DNA from: Peptococcaceae bacterium BICA1-8
Lineage (GTDB): Bacteria; Bacillota; Peptococcia; Peptococcales; BICA1-8
Direction: 5' to 3'
DNA length: 64,000 bases
NCBI GenBank assembly: GCA_000802045.1
Contig: JUEF01000117.1
Coordinates: 6,792 to 70,791, forward strand
Shown piece after piece: positions 55,365 through 64,000 of the stretch. How positions within the stretch are numbered: position 1 is the first letter of the stretch; each line of letters opens with the position of its first letter. Both the position numbers and the translations under genes were made by a program. The notes beneath the pieces were generated by a model that searched no databases, was not told where the DNA came from, and was given only the letters and a program-made list of their open reading frames with translations.

Positions 55365-55961
55365 ATGTTGTTAGAGGAAGAGTTGATTACGCGTAGTCAA
55401 AATGGGGACATGGATTCCTTTGAGGAATTGATTGTGAGATATGAGAGAAGGGTCTATTCTATTGCTTTTCGTTTTATGGGGAATCAGGAAGATGCCAGTG
55501 ATTTGGCCCAGGAAGCCTTTTTAAAGGCTTACCAGGCGATTAAAAATTTTCGTCAGGAAGCATCTTTTTCAACCTGGATTTGTAGAATAGTATCTAATGT
55601 CTGCAGAGACCAATTAAGGAAAGCCAAAAGAACTATTCAGAGTTCTTTAGATGAGGAAGTATGGTTAGAAGAAGGAACAGTTACAAAGCAGTTTAAAGAT
55701 AATAGTCCAACTGCAGAGCAGGTTTATGAACGGAAGGAATTAAAAGAATACTTACAGGGTCTAATAGATAATCTCAATCCCGAGTACCGTATGGTAGTAG
55801 TTTTGCGAGATATCCAGGGTTACAGTTATGAAGAAATCGCTGAAATGCTGGATTGTTCTCTAGGCACTGTAAAATCCAGATTAAATCGGGCTCGCAAGGC
55901 TTTACGGGAACAAATAAACTCCGATGGACACGAAAGGGGGGAAGGGAATGAGAGACTGTAA
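55365..55961 (+). CDS. ECF-type RNA polymerase sigma-70 factor
   Basis: Region 2 (FEELIVRYERRVYSIAFRFMGNQEDASDLAQEAFLKAY) and region 4 (YSYEEIAEMLDCSLGTVKSRLNRARKAL). ATG at 55365 follows AAGGGGGA and lies downstream of the predicted promoter. Confidence 0.9.
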   Translation: MLLEEELITRSQNGDMDSFEELIVRYERRVYSIAFRFMGNQEDASDLAQEAFLKAYQAIKNFRQEASFSTWICRIVSNVCRDQLRKAKRTIQSSLDEEVWLEEGTVTKQFKDNSPTAEQVYERKELKEYLQGLIDNLNPEYRMVVVLRDIQGYSYEEIAEMLDCSLGTVKSRLNRARKALREQINSDGHERGEGNERL

Positions 55962-57243
55962 TAAAATACAGGAAATGTTATCTTCGTATATTGATGATTA
56001 TTTAGAGCCTACTGAAAAGGGCGATCTTTTAGAACACTTAAAGGGCTGTCCGGAATGTCAACGGGAGTTACAAGCCTTACAGGAAGTTGTTGTAATGTTT
56101 AACAGCTTAGATGAAGAAGAACTCGTTCCCCCTGCAAGCTTTAGGCGAGAGCTACGGAGCAAGCTAGAAAAAGAACAGAGAGCATCTAAGGTTACCTATA
56201 TAGATAAAGCTACAAAATATTTTAGTAAATCCTTTAAGTCATGGATGCCGCTAGCGGCAGCAGCCATACTCTTATTAGTCTTGGTGCCTGTATTGACAAA
56301 TGGTTTTGGTCTTATAGGGGCAAAAAGCGCCAAGGAAGAGGCCAAATATGATAGTGTTGCCCCTAGTGCTCCGCCAAGATATGGCTCTCTAGCTGGGGAT
56401 GATTCTTCGGCGAAAATGAGAATGAATGAATCTGTATCTTATGATTCAGCCAATGGTAGCCCTGAGATAGCATTCTCAAAAGATGCTGGTCCTAATATGC
56501 TTATGATGGAGCAGGAACAGACAATGGCAGATACAACAGGAATTGAGCAGAAAATAATTAAAACAGGTCATATTAATCTAGAAGTAGACAGCTATAAGGA
56601 TGTTAATTCTCACATTAAAGATATGGCAAGAGAAATGCAGGGCTATATTGTAAGTGAAAATACCCATGTCTATGATGATCAACGGAAGCTTCTTGCAGGC
56701 AGTATCGCGCTACGAATTCCTCAAGAGCGATTTGATGAAGCTTTAGACCGCCTAGAGAATATGGGTAGTACTAATAATAGAACAGTAGATAGTCAAGATG
56801 TAACTGAAGAGTATGTCGATGTTGACAGCCGTCTCAAGGCTATGCGCATGAAAGAAGAAAGACTTTTATCCATTTTGGAAAAGTCGGGAACCTTAGGTGA
56901 TGTTCTGGCGGTAGAAAATGAATTGGCTAGAACCAGGGCTGATCTAGAGGCTTTAGAGGGTCGCTTAAGGTACCTTAGTAACCGATCCGAATTATCAAAT
57001 ATTAATGTAACGGTTCGTGAAACCTTAACTCCAGTAAAACAGATTAAGACCACTGGTTTAGAGGGGATTGTAACCAGAACCCAGGAAGCATTTATTAAGA
57101 GCATTAATTCCATGATAATGGGGTTTGGAAATTTAGTAGTCGATTTTGGCGCATATCTACCTTTTATAATCATAACTCTGATATCTTTGGTAATTCTATG
57201 GATAATTGGAAAAAAACTTAAAAATAAATATATTAATAAATAA
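55948..57243 (+). CDS. anti-sigma factor (zf-HC2) with a DUF4349-like extracytoplasmic domain
   Basis: Zinc-finger anti-sigma pattern C-x23-H-x3-C-x2-C (CNKIQEML...LEHLKGCPEC), TM segments, and an overlap with the sigma gene's stop. Confidence 0.8.
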   Translation: MRDCNKIQEMLSSYIDDYLEPTEKGDLLEHLKGCPECQRELQALQEVVVMFNSLDEEELVPPASFRRELRSKLEKEQRASKVTYIDKATKYFSKSFKSWMPLAAAAILLLVLVPVLTNGFGLIGAKSAKEEAKYDSVAPSAPPRYGSLAGDDSSAKMRMNESVSYDSANGSPEIAFSKDAGPNMLMMEQEQTMADTTGIEQKIIKTGHINLEVDSYKDVNSHIKDMAREMQGYIVSENTHVYDDQRKLLAGSIALRIPQERFDEALDRLENMGSTNNRTVDSQDVTEEYVDVDSRLKAMRMKEERLLSILEKSGTLGDVLAVENELARTRADLEALEGRLRYLSNRSELSNINVTVRETLTPVKQIKTTGLEGIVTRTQEAFIKSINSMIMGFGNLVVDFGAYLPFIIITLISLVILWIIGKKLKNKYINK

Positions 57244-57248
57244 AACCC

Positions 57249-57288
57249 TCGGTGTGCAGGAAACTTAACCTGTGCACCGAATTTTTTT
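57249..57288 (+). terminator. rho-independent terminator
   Basis: 12-bp stem TCGGTGTGCAGG/CCTGTGCACCGA followed by T7. Confidence 0.8.
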
Positions 57289-57373
57289 AATACAAACTTT
57301 TATTTATATGGTAAAATACCACAGGGTATTATTGTATATAATAAGCTTAGCTGAAGGATTTAGGAGTGGGATA

Positions 57374-59983
57374 ATGAAAAAAGAAAAATTTGTAATTATT
57401 GACGGTAACAGCCTGGCTAATAGGGCCTTTTATGCGATTCCTCTTTTGAGTAATGCTAAAGGGGTTATTACTAATGCAGCCTATGGATTTACCAATATGC
57501 TGATGCGGATATTCGCGGATGAAAACCCTGAGTATATAGCAGTTGCTTTTGATAAAAGCAGGGTTGTCTTTCGTCATGCGGATTATGCTGATTATAAAGC
57601 CCAAAGAAAAGGAATGCCAGATGAGCTTAGGCCGCAAATGGGTCTTATTAAAGAAATACTAACTGCCATGAATATAGCAACCTATGAACAAGAAGGCTAT
57701 GAAGCCGATGATTTAATTGGCACTATGGTTAAATGGGCAGAAAAAGAAGGCTTAGAAACTCTTATTGTTACCGGTGATAAGGATGCTTTTCAGCTTGTTT
57801 CCGAAAATACTAAAGTCCTTTTAACAAAAAAAGGAATATCCGAAGTGGAAGTATTTAATGTAGAGGCTATCAAGGATAAATATAATTTAACACCACAGCA
57901 GATTGTTGATTTAAAGGGTTTGATGGGTGACGCCTCTGATAATATTCCAGGAGTACCTGGTGTAGGAGAAAAAACAGCCTTAAAGCTCTTAGCGGACTAT
58001 GGTAGTGTAGAAAATATCATGGATAATCTAGGGGATTTCCAAAGTAAAAAACTAGGAGAAAGGCTCAGTGAGAATAAAGAACAGGCTTTTTTGAGTAAAA
58101 AGCTGGCTACTATTTATTGCTGTGTAGAAATGGATATTAATAAGGAGAGCTTAAAGGTACGACTCCCGAATTATGATCAGTTAATCCCAATCTATGAAGA
58201 TCTAGAGTTCAAAAACTTATTAAAAAACACTTTAGTTGAAGATAAGGTTTCTGTGAAAAAGCTAGAAAGTAAAGGAGTAATAATTGATACCCCAAAAAAA
58301 TTGAATGAGGTTTTGACTAACTCAGAATTCAAAGAACTGCCTTTTCTTTTGCAGTATGATTCCACAGATGCATATCGGGGTAATGTTACTAGTCTGGGCT
58401 TATGGCTTAATGAGACTAGTTATCTGGTGCAGGTGGATAATAACTTTAGTCTATATGCGAAAATATTAAAACCTTATCTAGAAAATGAGGACCTTATAAA
58501 GGTTACTTATGATGCTAAGATGGCACATATTTTCTTCCTGCGGGAAAAAATTAAACTAAAGGGTCTAAAATGGGATGTGTTATTGGGAAGCTACCTTTTG
58601 AATCCATCACAAAGTGATATAAGTTTACCGCAACTAATCTACAGTAATTTGGATCGAGTAGTTGCTGAGGAAGAACCTGTGAGATCCTTTTGTCTCATGG
58701 AGGGCCTATCTCAGTTGAAGGATATTATTGAGAAGGAGCTTACTCAAAATGGATTACTAGAATTGTATGAGGAAACTGAATTGCCTTTAGCTAGAGTCTT
58801 AGCTCTAATGGAATTGCAGGGTGTTAAACTAGATCGGGAGCAGTTATTAATTATGGGTAAAGAGTTAGAACTGAGAATTGATGATCTGACAAGAAGGATT
58901 TATGTTTTAGCTGAGGAAGAGTTTAATATTAATTCTCCTAAACAACTGGGCGTTATTCTTTTTGAAAAATTAGGCTTGCCCATTATTAAAAAAACAAAAA
59001 CTAGCTATTCCACTAATGCAGAAGTATTAGATGCCTTAGCTGATAAACATGAGATTGTCAAAGAAATACTCGATTATCGTCAGCTAGTTAAATTAAAAAC
59101 AACCTATGTTGATAGTTTATTAAATATTACCAATCCGAAAACCAAGAAAGTTCATACTTCTTTTAACCAGACAATTACTGCGACGGGGAGATTAAGCAGT
59201 ACAGATCCAAATCTGCAAAACATCCCTATCCGTTTAGAGGAAGGTAGAAAGATTCGCAAAGCCTTTATTCCGTCAAAGGTAGGTTATATTCTCTTAACCG
59301 CTGATTACTCTCAAATTGAATTAAGGCTCCTAGCCCATATTGCTAAAGATCAGGTTTTGATCGAGGCCTTTAAACAAGGGCAGGATATTCATACTAGAAC
59401 TGCTTCAGAAGTGTTTGGCGTACCTATGGACAAAGTAACGAAAGAGCTGCGCCGACATGCCAAAGCTGTAAATTTTGGTATTGTTTATGGGTTAAGTGAT
59501 TTTGGTCTTTCCAGAGATTTAGGTATAACCCGTAAAGAAGCAAAAACCTATATTGATAACTATTTTGTCAGATATGCAGGGGTCAAAAGCTGGATTGATC
59601 AGATAATTGCCCAGGCAAGAGAGCAGGGTTTTGTAACTACTCTGCTGGGACGTAGACGGTACCTTAATGATATCCTAAGTAAGAACTTCAATCTTAGAAG
59701 CTTTGCTGAGCGTACCGCCATGAATACACCTATTCAGGGTAGTGCTGCAGATATTATTAAAATAGCTATGGTTAATATTCACAACAAAATGGAGAGTAAT
59801 AGATTTGCTGCCCGGATGATTCTCCAGGTTCATGATGAATTGGTTTTTGAAGTGCCTCCTCAAGAAGTATCTAGACTGATAACTTTAGTAAAAGAGGAGA
59901 TGGAAGAGGCCTATAAAGTAGATGTTCCATTAAAGGTTGATATGCAGGTAGGCTTTAACTGGTATGATTTAGAATCAATTTAA
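57374..59983 (+). CDS. polA: DNA polymerase I
   Basis: 5'-nuclease start KFVIIDGNSLANRAF, and polymerase motifs DYSQIELR, RRHAKAVNFGIVYG and QVHDELVFE. The track start at 57272 lies inside the upstream terminator. Confidence 0.95.
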   Translation: MKKEKFVIIDGNSLANRAFYAIPLLSNAKGVITNAAYGFTNMLMRIFADENPEYIAVAFDKSRVVFRHADYADYKAQRKGMPDELRPQMGLIKEILTAMNIATYEQEGYEADDLIGTMVKWAEKEGLETLIVTGDKDAFQLVSENTKVLLTKKGISEVEVFNVEAIKDKYNLTPQQIVDLKGLMGDASDNIPGVPGVGEKTALKLLADYGSVENIMDNLGDFQSKKLGERLSENKEQAFLSKKLATIYCCVEMDINKESLKVRLPNYDQLIPIYEDLEFKNLLKNTLVEDKVSVKKLESKGVIIDTPKKLNEVLTNSEFKELPFLLQYDSTDAYRGNVTSLGLWLNETSYLVQVDNNFSLYAKILKPYLENEDLIKVTYDAKMAHIFFLREKIKLKGLKWDVLLGSYLLNPSQSDISLPQLIYSNLDRVVAEEEPVRSFCLMEGLSQLKDIIEKELTQNGLLELYEETELPLARVLALMELQGVKLDREQLLIMGKELELRIDDLTRRIYVLAEEEFNINSPKQLGVILFEKLGLPIIKKTKTSYSTNAEVLDALADKHEIVKEILDYRQLVKLKTTYVDSLLNITNPKTKKVHTSFNQTITATGRLSSTDPNLQNIPIRLEEGRKIRKAFIPSKVGYILLTADYSQIELRLLAHIAKDQVLIEAFKQGQDIHTRTASEVFGVPMDKVTKELRRHAKAVNFGIVYGLSDFGLSRDLGITRKEAKTYIDNYFVRYAGVKSWIDQIIAQAREQGFVTTLLGRRRYLNDILSKNFNLRSFAERTAMNTPIQGSAADIIKIAMVNIHNKMESNRFAARMILQVHDELVFEVPPQEVSRLITLVKEEMEEAYKVDVPLKVDMQVGFNWYDLESI

Positions 59984-60076
59984 GAGGTGTATGTCTTGAG
60001 AATTGAGAATGGAAAATGGAGAATTGAGAATTAAAGTCTTTGATGATTGAGCATAGCGAAGGGAATGATGGTAAAG

Positions 60077-60913
60077 ATGCCGGAATTACCGGAAGTGGAA
60101 ACGGTCCGCCGGTCTTTAGAGCCAATTCTAATAGGGAAAAAAATTACCCAAGTAGTAGTTAATTTACCAAAGCTTATTAAAATCCCAGCAGGTGATGCAA
60201 ATGCTTTCGTAAATACCCTTGCTGGCAGGACATTTAAAGATATCAGGCGGAGAGGTAAATATCTGCTTTTTAATATGGATAATGACTGGATCTTAGTCAT
60301 TCACTTGCGGATGACAGGGCGCTTACTGTATGTAGAAAAAACCGCCCCAATAGTAAAACATACCCACTTTATATTCTTTTTAGATGATGGTAATCAATTG
60401 CGCTTTCATGATATTCGTCAGTTTGGCTTAATCTATCTAGTCCTCTCTGACCAGCTAGATTTAATATCTGGCTTGAGAACAATGGGACCAGAACCATTAG
60501 GTCCAGAATTCACCTTTGATTGTTTGCAGGAAGCTATTAAAGGGAAAAGGCAGAAAGCTAAAGTTTTTATTTTAGATCAGAGATGTGTAGCGGGTATTGG
60601 CAATATTTATGCTGATGAGATCCTATTTCAGGCAGGTATTCATCCTGAGGAAACTATAGATAGATTATCTGAGGAAAAACAAAATGCTCTCTGGCAGGCT
60701 ATTAAAGACAGGCTAAAGGCTGGGGTAGAGCATAGGGGTTCTTCTATCAAAGATTATGTAGATGGTTTTGGGGCAGCAGGGACCTTTCAGCATCAGTTAA
60801 AGGTATATGGCAAATCAGGTCAAGCTTGCCCTAATTGCGGTAAACAAATAGAGAAGATTAAAGTAGGGGGAAGAAGTACAGCCTATTGCCCTGAGTGTCA
60901 AAAAAAGAGATAG
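60077..60913 (+). CDS. mutM: formamidopyrimidine-DNA glycosylase
   Basis: MPELPEVETV N-terminus and a C-terminal zinc finger, CPNCG...CPECQ. Confidence 0.95.
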   Translation: MPELPEVETVRRSLEPILIGKKITQVVVNLPKLIKIPAGDANAFVNTLAGRTFKDIRRRGKYLLFNMDNDWILVIHLRMTGRLLYVEKTAPIVKHTHFIFFLDDGNQLRFHDIRQFGLIYLVLSDQLDLISGLRTMGPEPLGPEFTFDCLQEAIKGKRQKAKVFILDQRCVAGIGNIYADEILFQAGIHPEETIDRLSEEKQNALWQAIKDRLKAGVEHRGSSIKDYVDGFGAAGTFQHQLKVYGKSGQACPNCGKQIEKIKVGGRSTAYCPECQKKR

Positions 60914-60980
60914 TCACAGAATTAGCTATCCCTCCATATAGTATGATTAGCTTCATACATCATAGGAGGAGGGTAAAGAC

Positions 60981-61628
60981 TTGATTTGGGCCACAATAAT
61001 TTTCGCAGCAGCTTTAAGTCTAGACGGTTTTGGTGTAGGTATATCGTATGGTATTCGTAAGATTAGGATTCCGTTAAAATCCCTTTTGGTAATATGTATT
61101 TCCTCAGCTTCAGCCTTAGCTGTGTCAATGCTGGCGGGAAATTTAATTGCTAATTTTTTGTCCGAAAAAGTAGCTGAAACTTTTGGAGGCATTGCGCTTT
61201 TATTAGTAGGAGGTTGGCTTTTAATCCAGGCCTGGCTGCAAAGACTAGAGCCGCAAAATGGCTTGGAGCTAAGTGAGAATTCTCCTATTACTGTGTTTAA
61301 ACTTTCTATTCCTAGTTTAGGCTTAGTAATAAAAATATTAAAAGAGCCTGCTAAAGCGGATTTTGACCAATCTGGAGAGATTAGTGTCAATGAGGCTGTT
61401 TTTTTAGGATTTGCTCTGGCTATGGATGCATTAGGTGCAGGATTAGGTGCGGCCATGATGGGCTTTAGTCCGTTTTTAACACCTATTGCTGCAGGGGTTG
61501 CAAAATTTTGTCTAGTTTCATTAGGCTTGTATTTAGGCAGTCAAGTAGCAATTAATAGGCTTCTTGGTAACTTAGGATTACTGCCTGGGGTAATTATTAT
61601 GTGTTTGGGTGCGATAAAGATATTATAA
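60981..61628 (+). CDS. ytaF: sporulation membrane protein YtaF (MntP-like fold)
   Basis: N-terminus ALSLDGFGVGISYG and the repeat AMDALGAG. It sits between mutM and coaE, as in Bacillus. Confidence 0.75.
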   Translation: MIWATIIFAAALSLDGFGVGISYGIRKIRIPLKSLLVICISSASALAVSMLAGNLIANFLSEKVAETFGGIALLLVGGWLLIQAWLQRLEPQNGLELSENSPITVFKLSIPSLGLVIKILKEPAKADFDQSGEISVNEAVFLGFALAMDALGAGLGAAMMGFSPFLTPIAAGVAKFCLVSLGLYLGSQVAINRLLGNLGLLPGVIIMCLGAIKIL

Positions 61629-61679
61629 TAATAGTAGGGGCAGACCTGCGTGTCTGCCCAAAATATGTAGGTGAATGAT

Positions 61680-62312
61680 ATGCTTGTCATAGGGTTAACA
61701 GGTGGTATTGCCAGCGGTAAGAGCACAATATCGGATTATCTAAGAAAAATGGGTGCAGTAATTATAGATGCCGATATTTTATCCCGTCAGGTTGTAGAAC
61801 CAGGTGAAGAAGCCTGGCGAAAAATTTGGCGGTATTTTGGTAGCCAAGCCTTCAATGACGATAAAACTATTAATAGAAAGAAACTGGCAGAAATAGTATT
61901 TAGTGATCCTGAGAAAAGGCAAATACTAAATGAAATTGTCCATCCAGAAGTTATAAAAAAAACAAAATTATTAATTGCTCAATATAAAGAAGAAGGATTG
62001 GCACCTCTGATAGTAGTAGATGCTCCTTTATTAATTGAAGCTGGGATTGACAAGATGGTGGATGAAGTTTGGGTTATTTCTGTTGAAGAGGAATTGCAGA
62101 TAAAAAGGCTGATAGCAAGAGATAATATTCCCAAGGGAGCTGCCCTAAAAAGACTTGAATCCCAAATGCCTATGGAGGAAAAACTAAAATATGCTTCACG
62201 GGTAATAGACAATAACCAGGATTTAACCCACACCATACATCAGATTAAAGAAATTTGGCGACAAGTCTTAGAAACAGAGTGTAAGCATGAGGTCCAACAT
62301 AATATGGATTAA
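61680..62312 (+). CDS. coaE: dephospho-CoA kinase
   Basis: MLVIGLTGGIASGKST P-loop and a length of about 210 aa. Confidence 0.9.
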   Translation: MLVIGLTGGIASGKSTISDYLRKMGAVIIDADILSRQVVEPGEEAWRKIWRYFGSQAFNDDKTINRKKLAEIVFSDPEKRQILNEIVHPEVIKKTKLLIAQYKEEGLAPLIVVDAPLLIEAGIDKMVDEVWVISVEEELQIKRLIARDNIPKGAALKRLESQMPMEEKLKYASRVIDNNQDLTHTIHQIKEIWRQVLETECKHEVQHNMD

Positions 62313-62357
62313 CGATTTATGTAATGGAGGTAAAGGACAATTTTTAGGTTAGGTTGC

Positions 62358-62912
62358 TTGTTCAAAATTGTAATCATCTTTATAATTATTATCCTGGCTT
62401 TTGTTGGCATTATTAATAGTACCTGGTTTTTGAAATTATTTTACCCTTTCCCTCACAAAGCGATAATCGAAGAGGCTAGTCTAAAACATGAAATTGATGC
62501 TCGGCTGATTCTTGCCGTTATAAAAGTAGAGAGTAAATTTAATGAAAAAGCACTATCTTCCAAAGATGCCAGAGGTTTGATGCAGATTCTACCAGACACT
62601 GGCCAGTGGATTGCCAAAGAATTGAATTATAAAGACTTTAATGCTGATCTGCTCTACGAGCCTAAACATAATATCAATATTGGTACTTGGTACTTAAAGT
62701 ATTTATTGAAACAGTTTAATGGTAATATGATTGCAGCCCTTGCAGCTTATAATGGTGGAGAAACTAATGTGAAAAAATGGCTCAATCAAGGCACCTGGTC
62801 GGGCAGTATAGATGACCTAGAAAGTATTCCTTTTAAAGAAACTCGTAATTATGTTTATAAGGTAATTGTAGATTTTAAAACATATCAGGGCTTATACGGC
62901 GGGAAAAATTAA
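62358..62912 (+). CDS. lytic transglycosylase (SLT domain) with an N-terminal membrane anchor
   Basis: Catalytic VIKVESKFN, GLMQI, and AYNGG. Confidence 0.85.
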   Translation: MFKIVIIFIIIILAFVGIINSTWFLKLFYPFPHKAIIEEASLKHEIDARLILAVIKVESKFNEKALSSKDARGLMQILPDTGQWIAKELNYKDFNADLLYEPKHNINIGTWYLKYLLKQFNGNMIAALAAYNGGETNVKKWLNQGTWSGSIDDLESIPFKETRNYVYKVIVDFKTYQGLYGGKN

Positions 62913-63044
62913 GATATTAATAAAAAGAATTTGAGTTTAATGAATAATTCTGATATTTTAAAGGTATTAAGTAAAAATATTATATAAAAAAATAATTATT
63001 CCTTAAACTTAATTTATGTGAGCTTCAAATGGGAGGAAATAGAG

Positions 63045-64000
63045 ATGTCGGGGAAAAAGATATTAACTTTAAAACAAGTGGCTGATTTAACAATACAGAA
63101 AGATAGAGTATTATTTTCAGCTAGCCACGAAGAGATTATCAATGGGGCTACAACAGATGTTTATTTTGTTAAAACCCATGAGATATTAAAAGAATTAAAT
63201 AAAGAAAATACACAGGTAACTGCGGAAATTTTTTCTCGGGGAGCCGGAGTATTTTGTGGATTACCAGAAATTTTGAATCTTTTTGCAGATACCGGAGTGG
63301 ATGTTTGGTCTCTACCTGAAGGAGCTCAGTTCGACCGAAAAGAAGTCATCATGCGTATAAAAGGTAGTTATGGGGAATTTGGCATTTATGAGACAGCCAT
63401 ATTAGGTATTCTTGCTAGCTCATGCGGCTGGGCTACAGCAGCTAGAGAGATTAAAAAGGCAGTTGGAGATAGACAAGCTTTAGTTTTTGGTGCCCGGCAT
63501 GTTCATCCCTCTGTTGCACCCGTTATGGAACGTTCAGCACTAGTCGGAGGTATAGATGGCGCTAGCTGTATTTTAGGTGCTAAATTAGCGGGCAAAGAAC
63601 CAAAAGGTACTGTCCCTCATGCTGTCTTTTTGATTGTTGGTGATACCGTTGAAGTTGCCCAGACCTATGATAGGATAATGCCTCCTGATGCTGTACGTCT
63701 TGTATTAGTTGATACCTTTAAGGATGAAGCAGAAGAAACCCTAAGGGTAGCAGCAGCTTTAGGTGAGAAACTTCAGGGAATTAGATTAGATACACCTAGC
63801 GAGCGTGGCGGCGTAACACCGGGACTAGTAAAGGAAATAAGGGCTCGCTTGGATATGGCCGGATCAAACCATGTACAAATATTTGTTTCCGGCGGATTAG
63901 ACCCCGATAAAATTAAACTATTAAAAGAAGCTGGAGCAGATGCCTTCGGAGTAGGAAGTTATATATCTGGGGCTAGGGCTATCGATATGACTATGGATTT
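63045..64000 (+). CDS. nicotinate phosphoribosyltransferase (type II PRTase), 3' end outside the window
   Basis: SD GGGAGG plus ATG at 63045, with the frame open to the window end. Contains ATTDVYF, GARHVHP, VDTF and GVGSYISG. Absent from the ORF track because it has no stop in the window. Confidence 0.8.
   Translation, partial: MSGKKILTLKQVADLTIQKDRVLFSASHEEIINGATTDVYFVKTHEILKELNKENTQVTAEIFSRGAGVFCGLPEILNLFADTGVDVWSLPEGAQFDRKEVIMRIKGSYGEFGIYETAILGILASSCGWATAAREIKKAVGDRQALVFGARHVHPSVAPVMERSALVGGIDGASCILGAKLAGKEPKGTVPHAVFLIVGDTVEVAQTYDRIMPPDAVRLVLVDTFKDEAEETLRVAAALGEKLQGIRLDTPSERGGVTPGLVKEIRARLDMAGSNHVQIFVSGGLDPDKIKLLKEAGADAFGVGSYISGARAIDMTMD

Noticed and set aside
60953-61456. 167-aa minus-strand ORF
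   Set aside because: It is antisense to the well-supported ytaF membrane-protein gene. The Ala/Pro/Ser-rich product is a mirror-frame artefact.
61637-61660. GGGCAGAC...GTCTGCCC hairpin between ytaF and coaE, considered as a terminator
   Set aside because: No T-run follows it on the plus strand, and coaE starts 20 nt later. It is more likely a neutral or attenuating stem, and was not called as a feature.
1-64000. CRISPR arrays, cas genes, or phage structural, integrase or recombinase genes
   Set aside because: I found no regularly spaced direct repeats, no tyrosine or serine recombinase motifs, and no capsid, tail or terminase-like ORFs. The island at 34.3-53.6 kb is therefore not an intact prophage or ICE.

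Overview
All calls rest on reading the sequence and the ORF track and on motif-level recognition; no database or HMM search was run. The window is a low-GC chromosome segment from a spore-forming, Clostridia-like Firmicute, with about 65 genes.

**1-12 kb: envelope, housekeeping and spore genes.**
- UPF0316 protein, a psd gene fused in frame to a radical-SAM gene, lepB, and a GGT-family gene.
- A GDYXXLXY/DUF2157 pair, a hemerythrin, a CotF pair, and a GltB-like FMN protein.
- An extremely AT-rich patch of tiny ORFs that includes two divergent paralogous peptides.

**12-14.6 kb: a visibly more GC-rich patch of gene remnants.** These are OsmC-like, OmpR-type regulator and ABC permease fragments, plus a chimeric solute-binding protein.

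**19-32 kb: an IclR-associated ureide (allantoin/hydantoin-type) catabolic cluster.**
- FMN 2-hydroxyacid dehydrogenase, TRAP transporter, racemase, cyclic amidohydrolase and M20 amidohydrolase.
- A ferredoxin-like protein and an AOR-type oxidoreductase.
- An unknown Cys-tailed protein that has a paralog at 14.7 kb, and a cupin.

**31.5-53.7 kb: accessory DNA.**
- An IS200-like Y1 transposase unit plus a solo end copy, and an MNT/HEPN pair.
- A remnant of the tRNA-Leu 3' end with its terminator. Together with the intact tRNA-Leu(CAA) at 53581..53667, it brackets an island of about 19 kb with no integrase.
- The island carries a GntR-linked operon: enolase-superfamily enzyme, AP-superfamily enzyme, TrxR fused to a Cys-less Trx domain, a CAVC thioredoxin, TctBCA, and an AKR-ferredoxin.
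- It also carries a YhaO/YhaN-like nuclease-ATPase pair with a truncated ATPase, and a decayed group II intron with two domain V/VI sets.
- At the tRNA-proximal end sit a frameshifted gene with an RNxxxH (HEPN-type) motif, an FRG-domain gene and a DUF2971 gene.

**54-64 kb: core genes.** dinB, an ECF sigma/anti-sigma pair with a textbook GGAAC-N17-CGTC promoter, polA-mutM-ytaF-coaE, an SLT transglycosylase, and a partial nicotinate phosphoribosyltransferase.

**Best novelty candidates:**
- the tRNA-Leu-bounded island and its HEPN-motif/FRG/DUF2971 module;
- the uncharacterised Cys-tailed paralog family, one copy of which has no canonical start codon;
- the psd-radical SAM read-through;
- the nested intron remnant;
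- the non-canonical ureide pathway.
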